From the NCBI GenBank assembly GCA_902595745.1, contig CACJRE010000001.1, forward strand, positions 1,281 to 65,280: a DNA stretch of 64,000 nt, in the 5' to 3' direction. The stretch is from an uncultured Pelagibacteraceae bacterium. Lineage in GTDB: Bacteria > Pseudomonadota > Alphaproteobacteria > Pelagibacterales > Pelagibacteraceae. The position numbers and the translations under genes were made by a program. Under the pieces are notes generated by a model that did not search any database, had not been told where the DNA came from, and was given only the letters and a program-made list of their open reading frames with translations. Shown here piece by piece: positions 20,416 to 30,878 of this stretch; within the stretch, counting starts at the first letter, position 1; each line of letters starts with the position of its first letter.

Positions 20416-21861
20416 TTAAGTTCCACAAAAAGTTTGGTAATTTTGGTTGTTAGATGGTGTTTGAAATTTTTCAATATTAATTTGTTTTGTATAAGGTTTT
20501 TTCAGAATCGATAATAACTCATACATTGGTTTTAGATCATTATTATTTGCAGCCTCTAAGACTTCCTCTACTTTATGGTTTCGAGGAATAACAATAGGAT
20601 TATTTTTTTTCATAAGTTCTAGAGAATTTTCTTTAGACCCACCGTTAATTAAAATTCGTTTTTCCCAATTCTTTGACCAGTCTATAAAATCTTTATCTTT
20701 GTAAATTTGATCTTGAATAGAACTAATATTCATTAAATAGCAAAAAGTATTAGTGTAATCTGCTTTATTGGATTGCATCCAATTAAATAAATTATTAATT
20801 AACTCTAAATCATTTTTATCTTCACCAAATAAACCAAGTTTATCTCTCATCATATTTAGCCATTTAATTTCATAAATATTTTGAAAGTTATCAATGATTT
20901 CAGTTGCTATTTTAATTGCTTGGTCTTCATTTTTGTCAATTAATGGTATTAAACATTCAGCTAATCTTGCTAAATTCCATTTGGTAATGGGTGGCTGATT
21001 TGAAAATGAATATCTTCCAAATTTATCTATAGAGCTAAATACTGTTTTTGGATCATAATGGTCCATAAAGGCACATGGACCATAATCAATAGTTTCACCA
21101 GATAAAGTCATATTATCAGTATTCATCACTCCATGTATAAAACCTACACGCATCCAATTGATAACAAGTTGACATTGTTTTTCCATTACAAGACTTAATA
21201 AATCTAGCGCTTTATTCATAGAAGATTGAATTTGTGGGTAATGTCTCTCAATGGTGTAATCTACTAGAGTGGTTAAATCATCTATATTTTGTTTAGCTGC
21301 AATATATTGAAATGTTCCAACTCTTATATGACTGGATGCTACTCTAGTTAATATTGCACCAGGCAATAAATTTTCTCTTACTACTTTTTCTCCAGTACTT
21401 ACTACAGCCAAACTCCTTGTGGTGGGGATATTTAAAGCATGGATTGCTTCACTAATAATATATTCTCTTAGCATTGGTCCTAAAACTGCACGACCATCAC
21501 CACTTCTTGAAAAAGAAGTTCTACCAGAACCCTTGAACTGTATGTCAAAACGTTTGGTATTATTGACTAAATGCTCACCAAGAAGAACTGCCCTTCCATC
21601 ACCAAGCATTGTGAAATGACCAAATTGATGACCAGCATATGCTTGAGCAATTGTGTTTGTATCATTTGGTAAAACGTTTCCTGAAAATAGTTTTGCTAAA
21701 TCTTTATTATCTATTTTTGAAAAATCTAAGTTTAAGTCTTTTGCTAGTTCCTCGTTTAAAATTACTAAATTTGGATCGTGTACAGGAGTTGGTTTTATTT
21801 CTTCTCTAAATGTTTTAGATAGTTTTGAATATGTATTATCAAAATGCCAACCAATGGTCAT
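20416..21861 (-). CDS. selO: Protein adenylyltransferase SelO/YdiU
   Basis: AYAGHQFG, LGDGRA, GFIHGVMNTDN, IDYGP and C-terminal TFCGT motifs. Confidence 0.92.
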   Translation of the reverse strand: MTIGWHFDNTYSKLSKTFREEIKPTPVHDPNLVILNEELAKDLNLDFSKIDNKDLAKLFSGNVLPNDTNTIAQAYAGHQFGHFTMLGDGRAVLLGEHLVNNTKRFDIQFKGSGRTSFSRSGDGRAVLGPMLREYIISEAIHALNIPTTRSLAVVSTGEKVVRENLLPGAILTRVASSHIRVGTFQYIAAKQNIDDLTTLVDYTIERHYPQIQSSMNKALDLLSLVMEKQCQLVINWMRVGFIHGVMNTDNMTLSGETIDYGPCAFMDHYDPKTVFSSIDKFGRYSFSNQPPITKWNLARLAECLIPLIDKNEDQAIKIATEIIDNFQNIYEIKWLNMMRDKLGLFGEDKNDLELINNLFNWMQSNKADYTNTFCYLMNISSIQDQIYKDKDFIDWSKNWEKRILINGGSKENSLELMKKNNPIVIPRNHKVEEVLEAANNNDLKPMYELLSILKKPYTKQINIEKFQTPSNNQNYQTFCGT

Positions 21862-21866
21862 TTTAA

Positions 21867-24635
21867 TTAATTAACTTCAGCTTGATTTTCTTTTGGTTTA
21901 ACTTCTGTTTTAAACTGATTTGAAATTTTTTGAACTTCTACTGATGATACCTTGTATTCAGCACACATAGTTTCTTCATCTTTACCATGACCAGTCACCA
22001 TATTAACCATGTGTTCCGGGAAGTGGAATGTAGTGAATACAATTCCTTCTTTAACTTTATCAGTTACTTCAACTTTTAAAGCAACTTCACCTCTACCAGA
22101 ATAAAGTCTACCGATATCTCCTGTGTTTAAATCTCTATGTGCTGCATCTTTAGGATGTATTAAGAGCACATCTTCATCTACAATATTAATATTTTTAGTT
22201 CTTCTTGTCATAGTTGCTGCATTATAGTGCTGCAACACTCTACTTGTAGTTAAAATTAACGGATAATCTTTTTGATTAGCTTCTATCTCACTAGACTCTT
22301 TCCAGTCAAAATTCTTAAGTCTTCCTTTTCCAAGTTTAAACGTTTCTGTATGAAGTATTTGTGTATCTGTTCCATCTTCTTGAACTGGCCATTGTAATCC
22401 AAGTTTTCCAAGTCTTTCTCTGGTTACTCCTTTAAAGAATGGAACTACATCAGCAATTTCAGCTAACACTTGATCTGCATCATAAGTTGGTTGATCAAAT
22501 CCAAGTTTTTGCATCATATCAGTTACAATAACACCATCAGGTTTTGTACCTGGTAGTGGAGGAACTGCTCTATTAACTCTTTGAATTCTTCTCTCTGTAT
22601 TTGTAAAGGTACCATCTTTTTCAAGGAAAGTTGTTCCAGGTAAAACTACAGTTGCAAGTTTAGCCGTCTCACTCATAAATATTTCTTGAACCACTAGTAG
22701 CTCTAGAGAATTCATTGCTTCAACAACATGAGCACTGTTAGGATCTGTTTGAACTATATCTTCTCCTATAATCCACAGTCCTTTTAATTCCTTATTAATT
22801 GCAGCCTCAAACATTTGAGGAATTTTTAAACCTGGTTTTGTAGGATGAGTTACGCCATATTTTTCTGTGTAAAATTTTTGATTTTTTTCATCTGATACTT
22901 CAAAGTAACCAGCACCTTGGTGAGGTTGGCAACCCATATCAGCTGCACCTTGAACATTATTCTGACCTCTTAGCGGGTTTACTCCAACACCTTTTCTACC
23001 AATATTTCCGGTAATCATTGCAAGATCTGCAATTAACATCACTGTTTTTGATCCTTGTTCTTGTTCAGTAACTCCTAATCCATGGAATTCCATTGAATTT
23101 TCAGCAGTAGCGTAAGCAATAGCTGCTTCTTTAACTAATTGTTTATCCACACCCGCAACTTTTGCTAAGTGATCAACATCTTGTCTTTCAATTTCTTTTA
23201 AAAAATTATCAAATCCTTCCGTTCTGTCTCTTACAAAGTCTTTATTATATAATTTTAATTTTATAATAAAGTGAAGCATCATATTAAGAACAGCAACGTT
23301 AGTTCCAGGTCTTAGTTTGATATGATAATCTGCAAGTTTTGCTAATTCTGTAGTTACTGGATCAAGTACAATTAATTTTTTACCTTTCATCACTTGCTGT
23401 TTTATTTTTGCACCTGTTACAGGATGAGCGTTAGTTGGATTAGCACCAATAACTATAAAACAATCTGCGTGATATATATCTTCAGTAGAATTAGTTGCAG
23501 CACCCGTTCCAAAAGTTTGTTGCATTCCCCAAGCTGTAGGTGAGTGACAAATTCTTGCACAACAATCTACACTGTTAGTACCAACAGCTGCTCTAATCAT
23601 TTTTTGAAATACATAATTTTCTTCATTAGTACATCTTGCTGATGAAATACCTGCAAATGCATCAGGACCATTATTTTTAACAATCCTATTCATTTCTTTT
23701 TTAATAAAATCGTAAGCCTCATCCCATGAAGCTTCTTCAAATTTTCCATTTCTTTTTATCAATGGAGTTTTTAATCTGTCAGGATGTTCATAAAAACTAA
23801 AAGCATATCTACCTTTGATACACGTGTGACCCGCATTTACTTCTGTTTGTTTAGGAGTATCAATTGCAACTACTTTGTCATCTTTAATGGATGCCTCTAA
23901 GTTACATCCTACTCCACAATAAGAACATGTGGTTCTAACTTTTTTATCAACAGCAGCAGATTTTGATTGAAACACATCTGAGATAGCATCGGTTGGACAA
24001 GTATGAGCACATGCACCACATGATACACAAGAACTATCTCCAAACATCATATCGTTATCTGTTGTAATTCTTGACTCAAATCCTCTGCCACTCATTGTTA
24101 GAACAAAAGATCCTTGAATTTCATCACAAGCTCTAACGCATCTTCCACAATTAATGCAGTTATCTAAATTCATTCTCATATAATCATGAGAAGTATCTCT
24201 TGGAATTCCTTTATGTTGTTTAGGACTATTGTATCTATGATCAGAAATTCCTAAATCATTTGCAACTGTTTGAAGTTCACAATTATTATTTACTTCACAA
24301 CTATCACATTCCATCGGGTGATCTGTTAAAACTAATTCAACAATATTTTTTCTAAGACTTGTGATAGCTTCATTGGATGTAAAGATATGCTGGTTTTCAG
24401 CAACTGGAGTATGACAAGAGGCAACCATTTTTGTTGGGCCATCTTTTTCCAAAGCAACTTCAACTGAGCAAACTCTACAAGCACCATAAGGAGCTAAATT
24501 TGGATCATCACAAAGAGTTGGAACTTTTTTTTCTCCAACATAACTTTTAACAAATTTTAATATAGATGTGTGATTAGCACCGATTTCATACGGTTTTCCG
24601 TCGATATAAGCTATTTTTCTTTTCTCTGAGCTCAT
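21867..24635 (-). CDS. fdhF: NAD-dependent formate dehydrogenase alpha subunit (Cys-ligated Mo/W-bisPGD)
   Basis: N-terminal Fe-S motifs, CSYCGVGC, active-site CARICHSPT and PLRGQNNVQGAADMG. Confidence 0.92.
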   Translation of the reverse strand: MSSEKRKIAYIDGKPYEIGANHTSILKFVKSYVGEKKVPTLCDDPNLAPYGACRVCSVEVALEKDGPTKMVASCHTPVAENQHIFTSNEAITSLRKNIVELVLTDHPMECDSCEVNNNCELQTVANDLGISDHRYNSPKQHKGIPRDTSHDYMRMNLDNCINCGRCVRACDEIQGSFVLTMSGRGFESRITTDNDMMFGDSSCVSCGACAHTCPTDAISDVFQSKSAAVDKKVRTTCSYCGVGCNLEASIKDDKVVAIDTPKQTEVNAGHTCIKGRYAFSFYEHPDRLKTPLIKRNGKFEEASWDEAYDFIKKEMNRIVKNNGPDAFAGISSARCTNEENYVFQKMIRAAVGTNSVDCCARICHSPTAWGMQQTFGTGAATNSTEDIYHADCFIVIGANPTNAHPVTGAKIKQQVMKGKKLIVLDPVTTELAKLADYHIKLRPGTNVAVLNMMLHFIIKLKLYNKDFVRDRTEGFDNFLKEIERQDVDHLAKVAGVDKQLVKEAAIAYATAENSMEFHGLGVTEQEQGSKTVMLIADLAMITGNIGRKGVGVNPLRGQNNVQGAADMGCQPHQGAGYFEVSDEKNQKFYTEKYGVTHPTKPGLKIPQMFEAAINKELKGLWIIGEDIVQTDPNSAHVVEAMNSLELLVVQEIFMSETAKLATVVLPGTTFLEKDGTFTNTERRIQRVNRAVPPLPGTKPDGVIVTDMMQKLGFDQPTYDADQVLAEIADVVPFFKGVTRERLGKLGLQWPVQEDGTDTQILHTETFKLGKGRLKNFDWKESSEIEANQKDYPLILTTSRVLQHYNAATMTRRTKNINIVDEDVLLIHPKDAAHRDLNTGDIGRLYSGRGEVALKVEVTDKVKEGIVFTTFHFPEHMVNMVTGHGKDEETMCAEYKVSSVEVQKISNQFKTEVKPKENQAEVN

Positions 24636-26290
24636 TAATTATCTTTCACCATATCATTTTTCATTTCATCACCAAAGTATTTTAGGATGTTTTGGATTGG
24701 AGTAGGGATGGCTCCACAAAGAGCACATAAACAACCTTTTTGCATAGTAACCAATAATTCTTCTAATAATTTCAAAGGAATTTTAGCTGTTTTCTTCTTA
24801 GCTTGATCAAACATTTCTTTTCCTCTGTACGATCCAAGTCTTCCAGGAAAACATTTACCACACGATTCTTCAGCTGAGAATTCAAATAAGTGATGAATAT
24901 ATTCAGCCATAGAAAAATCTTTTGGAATACTTACTACACTTGCGTGACCTAACATAAAACCTTTTGCAGTAAACTCTTGAAAGTCTAAGTTCAAATTTTC
25001 TATCTCACTTAATGGAACAACTCCACCTAAAGGGCCTCCAATTTGAAAAGCTTTAACAGGCTCTTTGTATCCTCCACCAATTTCATTAAATATTTTTTTC
25101 ATAGGTGTTCCCATATCAATCTCATAAACACCAGGATTATTAAAAAAACTATCAAGGCAAACAAGTTTAGTCCCTGCAGATTTTTTGTTTCCAATGGAAG
25201 AAAATTTTTCTGAACCATTAATTAAAATACCAGTTGCTGCTGCTAAAGTTTCAACATTATTCACAACTGTTGGTTTTTTATATAAACCTTCTGTAACTGG
25301 GAATGGAGGTCTTACATCTACTTCTGCTCTTCTTCCTTCAATAGATGCAATCAAAGCAGTTTCTTCTCCACAAATATAAGCACCTTGACCAATACAAATT
25401 CCTAAATCAAAAGAAAAATCTGTTCCTAAAATATTATCACCCAATAAATTTAATTTTTTTAATTCATTGATACAGCCGTTGATAGCTTCAATAGATTTTG
25501 GATACTCTCCTCTTATATATAAGACACCTTCATCACTTCCAATTACCATTCCACAAAGAACCATGCCAAAGATAACTTTTAATGGTTGGTCTTCTAATAA
25601 GTATCTATCTGAAAATGCACCAGAGTCACCTTCATCTGCATTACACAAAACATATTTCTTATCTCCTTTTGCTTTACTGCAAAAATCCCATTTCATTCCA
25701 GTTGGGAATCCAGCACCACCTCTTCCAGTAAGATTAGAGTCTAATAGCGATTTAATAATTTCTTGTTTATCTGTTTTTAAAAATTTATTTAATTGATCTT
25801 TAAATTGATCAGTAGATGATAATTTATCATCCATTAAAAAACTTGTTGTTGCATAACTTTTCGAGAAAAATTTATCTTGTTTAATTTCTTCACCTTTTAA
25901 AATTTGATCAATTTTTTCTATATCTTTTCCCGCATAGTTTTCACCATCATAATGAAAAGCATTATTTTCATAGCAATGTCCTAGGCAAAACATTTCTCCA
26001 ACTTTATCATCACCTAATTTTTCTTTTAAAGTATCTTTTAATTTTTCTTGGGTTCCTGCACACATACAAGCACTTCCATTACAAACAAATGCTTTTTTCT
26101 CTCTGTGAGAAGGTCTTAAAAATTCGTAGAAACTTTCAGCACCATGAAGAGTGGAAACACCTAAGTTATGTTCTTTAGCAATTTCTTTTATATCTTTTGG
26201 GGTATCGCTTAGAGTATTTTCAGATATTTGCTTAAATAGGTTATCTTTTAAGCCAATTCTACCTGACAAATTACTTATATTTTTTGACAC
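24635..26290 (-). CDS. Formate dehydrogenase diaphorase subunit (NuoE-like domain fused to NuoF-like domain)
   Basis: N-terminal CNGSAC...CLGHC 2Fe-2S motif; GRGGAGFPTG, NADEGD, GAYICGEETAL and ESCGKC motifs. GTG start. Confidence 0.85.
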   Translation of the reverse strand: MSKNISNLSGRIGLKDNLFKQISENTLSDTPKDIKEIAKEHNLGVSTLHGAESFYEFLRPSHREKKAFVCNGSACMCAGTQEKLKDTLKEKLGDDKVGEMFCLGHCYENNAFHYDGENYAGKDIEKIDQILKGEEIKQDKFFSKSYATTSFLMDDKLSSTDQFKDQLNKFLKTDKQEIIKSLLDSNLTGRGGAGFPTGMKWDFCSKAKGDKKYVLCNADEGDSGAFSDRYLLEDQPLKVIFGMVLCGMVIGSDEGVLYIRGEYPKSIEAINGCINELKKLNLLGDNILGTDFSFDLGICIGQGAYICGEETALIASIEGRRAEVDVRPPFPVTEGLYKKPTVVNNVETLAAATGILINGSEKFSSIGNKKSAGTKLVCLDSFFNNPGVYEIDMGTPMKKIFNEIGGGYKEPVKAFQIGGPLGGVVPLSEIENLNLDFQEFTAKGFMLGHASVVSIPKDFSMAEYIHHLFEFSAEESCGKCFPGRLGSYRGKEMFDQAKKKTAKIPLKLLEELLVTMQKGCLCALCGAIPTPIQNILKYFGDEMKNDMVKDN

Positions 26291-26308
26291 AATTACCCTC
26301 TTTTTTTA

Positions 26309-27148
26309 TTAGTCCACAATAACTTTTTTGTTATTTGTGTAAATATTAAAACTATCCCTCTTTACGAAACCTATAAGGGTAATGTCAAATTTATTCGCTA
26401 AATCTATAGCAAGACTAGTTGGCGCACCAACGCCAATCATTATTCCAATATCAGTCATTAAAACCTTTTGAACTAGTTCAAAATTGAGCCTTCCAGAGCA
26501 AGTTATGAATTGGCTCAAGGGATTAATTTGCCCATTCATCAAAGTATAACCAATAAGCTTATCTAAAGCATTGTGACGACCCACATCCTCTTTGACAGAG
26601 ATCAAATCACCATTACTCTTAAATAAGCCACTTGCATGAATACCACCAGTTTTACTAAATTCAGATTGATTTTCTCTAAGTACATAAGGAGATTTAATTA
26701 TAACCTCTTTAGATATTTTAGGCTGATCTGGATTTGTCTTATTTTTTTTGATGATTTCTAAAGCATCTAATGAAGATTTACCACAAACACCACATGAAGA
26801 GTTTGTCATAAAATCTCTTTTAATCTTTGAGATGTTAATATTTTCTGAATTATTTAAAGTTGCTAGAATTTTATTTTGAATATTGTATTGACCAACTTTA
26901 TCACCCAAACTTTCTATACTATCAATATCTTTAATATCTTTTATTAATTGTTCATTGAAAAGAAAACCTCTTACTAAATCTTCATCATCACCAGGAGTTC
27001 TCATAGTAATGGATAAAATTCTTGTAACCCAATCGCCTTTTTCTTTAAATTTTATTGAAATTTCTAATGGTTCTTCAATAGAAATTAAATCCTCAATATT
27101 TTCAAATTTACCAGAGTTAAATTTTAAAACCTTATATTTTGAATTCAT
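26309..27148 (-). CDS. fdhD: Formate dehydrogenase accessory sulfurtransferase
   Basis: EEPLEI, TMRTPG, SSCGVCGK, TGGIHA and EDVGRHNALDKLIG motifs. Confidence 0.95.
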   Translation of the reverse strand: MNSKYKVLKFNSGKFENIEDLISIEEPLEISIKFKEKGDWVTRILSITMRTPGDDEDLVRGFLFNEQLIKDIKDIDSIESLGDKVGQYNIQNKILATLNNSENINISKIKRDFMTNSSCGVCGKSSLDALEIIKKNKTNPDQPKISKEVIIKSPYVLRENQSEFSKTGGIHASGLFKSNGDLISVKEDVGRHNALDKLIGYTLMNGQINPLSQFITCSGRLNFELVQKVLMTDIGIMIGVGAPTSLAIDLANKFDITLIGFVKRDSFNIYTNNKKVIVD

Positions 27149-27151
27149 GAA

Positions 27152-27628
27152 TTAATTTAGCGGATAATTTTTTCTTAGAATAAATTTGTTTATTAAAATA
27201 GCTAATAATAAAATTATGATGCAACCAAAAATTATTGGGCTTATTAAATATTCATAAGAAACACTTCCAATTATTACTATAATAGGATTTCCTCCTGCAG
27301 GTGGATGAACCACATTAAATAAAATCATTAAAGAAACGCCAGCACCCACTGCAAGTGCAATATTTATATAAATTGGTAAAGGTATATAGTTTACAAAAAT
27401 TACTCCAACTAATGCTGTTAATAGATGGCCAAAAAAAACATTCTTAGGTTGAGCAAATGGACTTTCTGGAAAACCAAATAATAAAACCATTGAAGAACCA
27501 AATGAACCAGCAAGAAAATACCCCAATGTACTTTTATAAGTAAGAACGGTTAAGACACCAATTGTAAAAGCAGAAAAAAAACCTGCAATCAATGCCTTTT
27601 GTAATATTGGTTTAGTAATTTTAATCAT
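27152..27628 (-). CDS. HPP family membrane protein
   Basis: SFGSS.VLLFG.PESPFAQP and HPPAG motifs. Confidence 0.88.
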   Translation of the reverse strand: MIKITKPILQKALIAGFFSAFTIGVLTVLTYKSTLGYFLAGSFGSSMVLLFGFPESPFAQPKNVFFGHLLTALVGVIFVNYIPLPIYINIALAVGAGVSLMILFNVVHPPAGGNPIIVIIGSVSYEYLISPIIFGCIIILLLAILINKFILRKNYPLN

Positions 27629-28026
27629 TAAGTTTTTAAAGCTTTTAAAACTGTTCTAAGAGGCAGTAACAAACATTCTTTCCTTGCAATATTTTTTTTA
27701 TCTAAAATTTCTTTAAAATCTTTCCAATGTTTTTCTAAAACAGTCTTTACATCGGTAAATAAATTTTCACTCGAGATTGCAAAAGACTTGATTTCTTCTA
27801 CATTTTTATCTCTTATTTTCCTTGAGAGTAAGCTAACCGAGGCTTGGCAATAAACACAAGATTTACATTGATAACCCATATCTTTTACCACATCGTTTTT
27901 TACAATTAGGCTAATTTCCATCTCATCTCCACACAAAGGATTTTTGTGTTTTGATTTATGTGTAAAATTTTCTAGCACTTTATGGTTATCGGTATGAGAG
28001 GCTATTTCTAAAATTCTAAGATCCAT
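27628..28026 (-). CDS. IscU/NifU-N/SufU-like protein
   Basis: NPLCGD, SCVYCQAS and ARKECLLLP motifs. Confidence 0.75.
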   Translation of the reverse strand: MDLRILEIASHTDNHKVLENFTHKSKHKNPLCGDEMEISLIVKNDVVKDMGYQCKSCVYCQASVSLLSRKIRDKNVEEIKSFAISSENLFTDVKTVLEKHWKDFKEILDKKNIARKECLLLPLRTVLKALKT

Positions 28027-28068
28027 TATATTTCTTTAATTAAAGTCTTAATGTTTTATATTTTCTAA

Positions 28069-28671
28069 ATGGATCATAGCAAGATTTTAGGCACAGTACT
28101 AGCCGGCGGAAAGTCTCAAAGATTTGGAGAAGATAAATCACAAGTTCAATTAGGTAACCAGTTATTGATAGATTATGTTCTTACTGAAATTATTGATGTA
28201 TTTAATGAAATTATTATTGTCTCCAATAACCCCATAAAATTTAATCAATCTGAAAAAGTTTACTTAATTAAGGATTTTAAAAATAATTTAGGGCCTCTTG
28301 GAGGTGTTTTGTCTGCAATGAAATGGATTAAAGAAAACAATAAAGATTATCAATGGGTTTCTACTTTTCCAACCGATACTCCATTTTTTAAAAAACAAAT
28401 ATTAGAGGATTTTCTTAAAAAGATTAAACCTGAAGAAAGTAAACTTTTCTTTATTAAATCCAATAATACAAGACATAATATATTTGGCTTATGGTCTGTT
28501 GATTTAATAGATAAATTAGAAGAAGATTTAGAAAATGGAGATAGAAAAGTTGAAAATTGGGCAAATAGTGTTGGTGTAAAGATAGTTAATATGAACTTTG
28601 AAAAAAATGATCCTTTCTTTAATATCAATACAAAAGAAGATTTAGAAAAAGCTAAAAAATATATTTCATGA
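28069..28671 (+). CDS. mobA: Molybdenum cofactor guanylyltransferase
   Basis: LAGGKSQRFGEDK, GPLGG, DTPF and FFNINT motifs. Confidence 0.92.
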   Translation: MDHSKILGTVLAGGKSQRFGEDKSQVQLGNQLLIDYVLTEIIDVFNEIIIVSNNPIKFNQSEKVYLIKDFKNNLGPLGGVLSAMKWIKENNKDYQWVSTFPTDTPFFKKQILEDFLKKIKPEESKLFFIKSNNTRHNIFGLWSVDLIDKLEEDLENGDRKVENWANSVGVKIVNMNFEKNDPFFNINTKEDLEKAKKYIS

Positions 28672-29921
28672 TTAGTTACAAGAGTTCTAAAAATATCTTA
28701 AAAAAAGGGATTATTAAGATTAAAGATGAAAAAATTAAAAGTATTAACTCATTAAATAGAGTTTCATCATCCAATATATATTCTACTATAAATTATCCAA
28801 CTGGAGATAATGCTGCCTTTGATGGTTTTGCAATTAATTCAAAAGATACAAAAAATATCAAAAAAAAATCTAATCAAAAATTTAAAATTATTGGATCAAT
28901 TGCAGCTGGCGTAAAACCTTTTAAAAAAAGAATTGGTAAATTTAATGCTGTTGAAATTATGACAGGTGCAATCATACCTAAAGGTTTAGATACCATTATT
29001 CCAATAGAGCAAATTGTTTTTTTTCCTAATAAAGAATATGCAAAATATATTTTAGTAAATAAAAAAAAAACTAAATATAATCATGTTAGGTTTAAAGGAT
29101 CTGATTATAAAAAAGGGGAATTAGTCGTTAAAAAAAATACAATCATTCAGCCTAATCATATCTTAGCTTTTAAATCACTTGGAATAAAAAATATTAAAGT
29201 TAAAAAGAAAATAAATATTTTATTTTTTTCAACAGGAAATGAAATTTCTAATTCAGATAATGTTCCTGATTGGAAAGTAAGAAATTCAAATAATCATTAT
29301 ATAAAAAATTTAGATCAAAGTTTTTTATTCAATTTTAAAAATGGTGGAATATTGAGAGATAATCATGAAAAACTTTTTAAATCTAAAATAACTAAGATGT
29401 TAAAATCTAGTACTGATATTATTATTACTTCAGGGGCTGTCTCAGCAGGTAAATTTGATTTTGTTCCAAGTGTTATTAGGTCATTTAAACTATCTAATTA
29501 TTTTAAAAGTGTTGCAATAAGACCAGGAAAACCAATACTGTTTGCAAAATTTAGGGGAAAACAAAAAGCAATTTTTGGTTTACCGGGTAATCCAATGTCC
29601 TCAGCTGCTTGTTTTAGATTTTTTGTCTATCCCTATATCCAATATATTTTCGGACTGAATGAGGAAAAACCTTTTAAGGCTATTTTAAAAAGCAATTTTA
29701 CTAAGAAGAAAAATTTTACAAGGTTTGCAAAGAGCAAGTTAAACACAACTAAAAATGGAAAAATAGAAGTTGAGGTTCTTCAAGGTCAAGAGTCGTTTAG
29801 AATTAAATCGTTTGTTAAATCTAATATCTGGGCTCTATTACCCTCAGGTAAATCAAACTTTAAAAAGGGTGAAATTGTTGATTGCTTTTTCCCCAACCAA
29901 TCGAATAGTACCTTGTTGTAA
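28668..29921 (+). CDS. moeA: Molybdopterin molybdotransferase
   Basis: AFDGFA, IMTGA, STGNE, TSGAVSAG, RPGKP and GLPGNP motifs. Confidence 0.92.
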   Translation: MISYKSSKNILKKGIIKIKDEKIKSINSLNRVSSSNIYSTINYPTGDNAAFDGFAINSKDTKNIKKKSNQKFKIIGSIAAGVKPFKKRIGKFNAVEIMTGAIIPKGLDTIIPIEQIVFFPNKEYAKYILVNKKKTKYNHVRFKGSDYKKGELVVKKNTIIQPNHILAFKSLGIKNIKVKKKINILFFSTGNEISNSDNVPDWKVRNSNNHYIKNLDQSFLFNFKNGGILRDNHEKLFKSKITKMLKSSTDIIITSGAVSAGKFDFVPSVIRSFKLSNYFKSVAIRPGKPILFAKFRGKQKAIFGLPGNPMSSAACFRFFVYPYIQYIFGLNEEKPFKAILKSNFTKKKNFTRFAKSKLNTTKNGKIEVEVLQGQESFRIKSFVKSNIWALLPSGKSNFKKGEIVDCFFPNQSNSTLL

Positions 29922-29972
29922 CCTTTGTCATTTTTGTTGTAGTTAAATCTATTTACAATTAAATATCTCAAT

Positions 29973-30878
29973 ATGTTTCAACTTAAAAATCCAAAAATAG
30001 CAGTTCCAGTTGTATTGTTTGCTGGGCTTATTTGGTCGTTTGGACCTTTAGTGGTTAGATATATGGATGAGCCACATTTAATCCCTTGGCAGTATATTTT
30101 TGGTCGGGGTTTAACAATATTTATCTTATTAAATCTTTATTTATTTTTTGAAGAAGGAAAAAATTTCTACAAAAACTATTTTAAGATGGGTTTATCGGGT
30201 CTTATAGGTGGATCGGGGCTCGGGGTTGCAATGATTTCATTTATGTTTTCAATTACGAACACAAGTGCAGCTATTACTTTATTATGTCTTGCAGCTATGC
30301 CTTTTTTTACAGCATTATTAGCTTTTTTATTTTTACAAGAAAAAATTTCTCTTAATGTTTGGATATCAATTATCATTGCAACAGTCGGTATTGCTATTAT
30401 GGCGGTAGGAAATAATACTGAGACTTCTTTTATAGGTTTTGTGTTTGGTATCACCTCATCATTAGGTTTTGCTGTATTTTCTGTAACATTAAGATGGCGT
30501 AAAGAAACTCCAAAATTTACAACAACTGCTTTTGCTGGTTTTTTCTGCTTTATGTTTGCATCTATAGTTATTTTACAAAAAGATTTAGTTTTCTTTTCTT
30601 CAAGCTATAACAGTTCATTATTTTCTCTTCACGGAACTTTAGTTTGCCTAGGTTTAATTTTATATTCAATAGGATCTAAAGCAATTCCAGCAGCAGAACT
30701 TACCTTGTTATCTCTTACAGAAGTTATAGGAGGTATCTTTTGGGTTTGGTTACCTTTATTTGGTATCAATGAAATACCAACGACGAATACGATTATAGGT
30801 GGGTTTTTTCTTTTTGTATCTCTTACTTATTACAGCTTAGTAATGAGATGGAATAAAAGATACATAGGTTTAAATTAA
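29973..30878 (+). CDS. DMT/EamA-family transporter
   Basis: About 10 TM segments, similar in layout to the other two DMT genes. Confidence 0.8.
   Translation: MFQLKNPKIAVPVVLFAGLIWSFGPLVVRYMDEPHLIPWQYIFGRGLTIFILLNLYLFFEEGKNFYKNYFKMGLSGLIGGSGLGVAMISFMFSITNTSAAITLLCLAAMPFFTALLAFLFLQEKISLNVWISIIIATVGIAIMAVGNNTETSFIGFVFGITSSLGFAVFSVTLRWRKETPKFTTTAFAGFFCFMFASIVILQKDLVFFSSSYNSSLFSLHGTLVCLGLILYSIGSKAIPAAELTLLSLTEVIGGIFWVWLPLFGINEIPTTNTIIGGFFLFVSLTYYSLVMRWNKRYIGLN

Noticed and set aside
21867-24635. Selenocysteine recoding in FDH (and in the adjacent SelO)
   Set aside because: Both ORFs are uninterrupted and have Cys at the relevant positions (CARICH; TFCGT).
28668-29921. Extreme Lys/Asn/Ile richness and poly-A runs in moeA (also pdxA, surA-like, lptD) as a sign of pseudogenes or foreign DNA
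   Set aside because: Frames are intact with catalytic motifs preserved; consistent with genome-wide AT bias.
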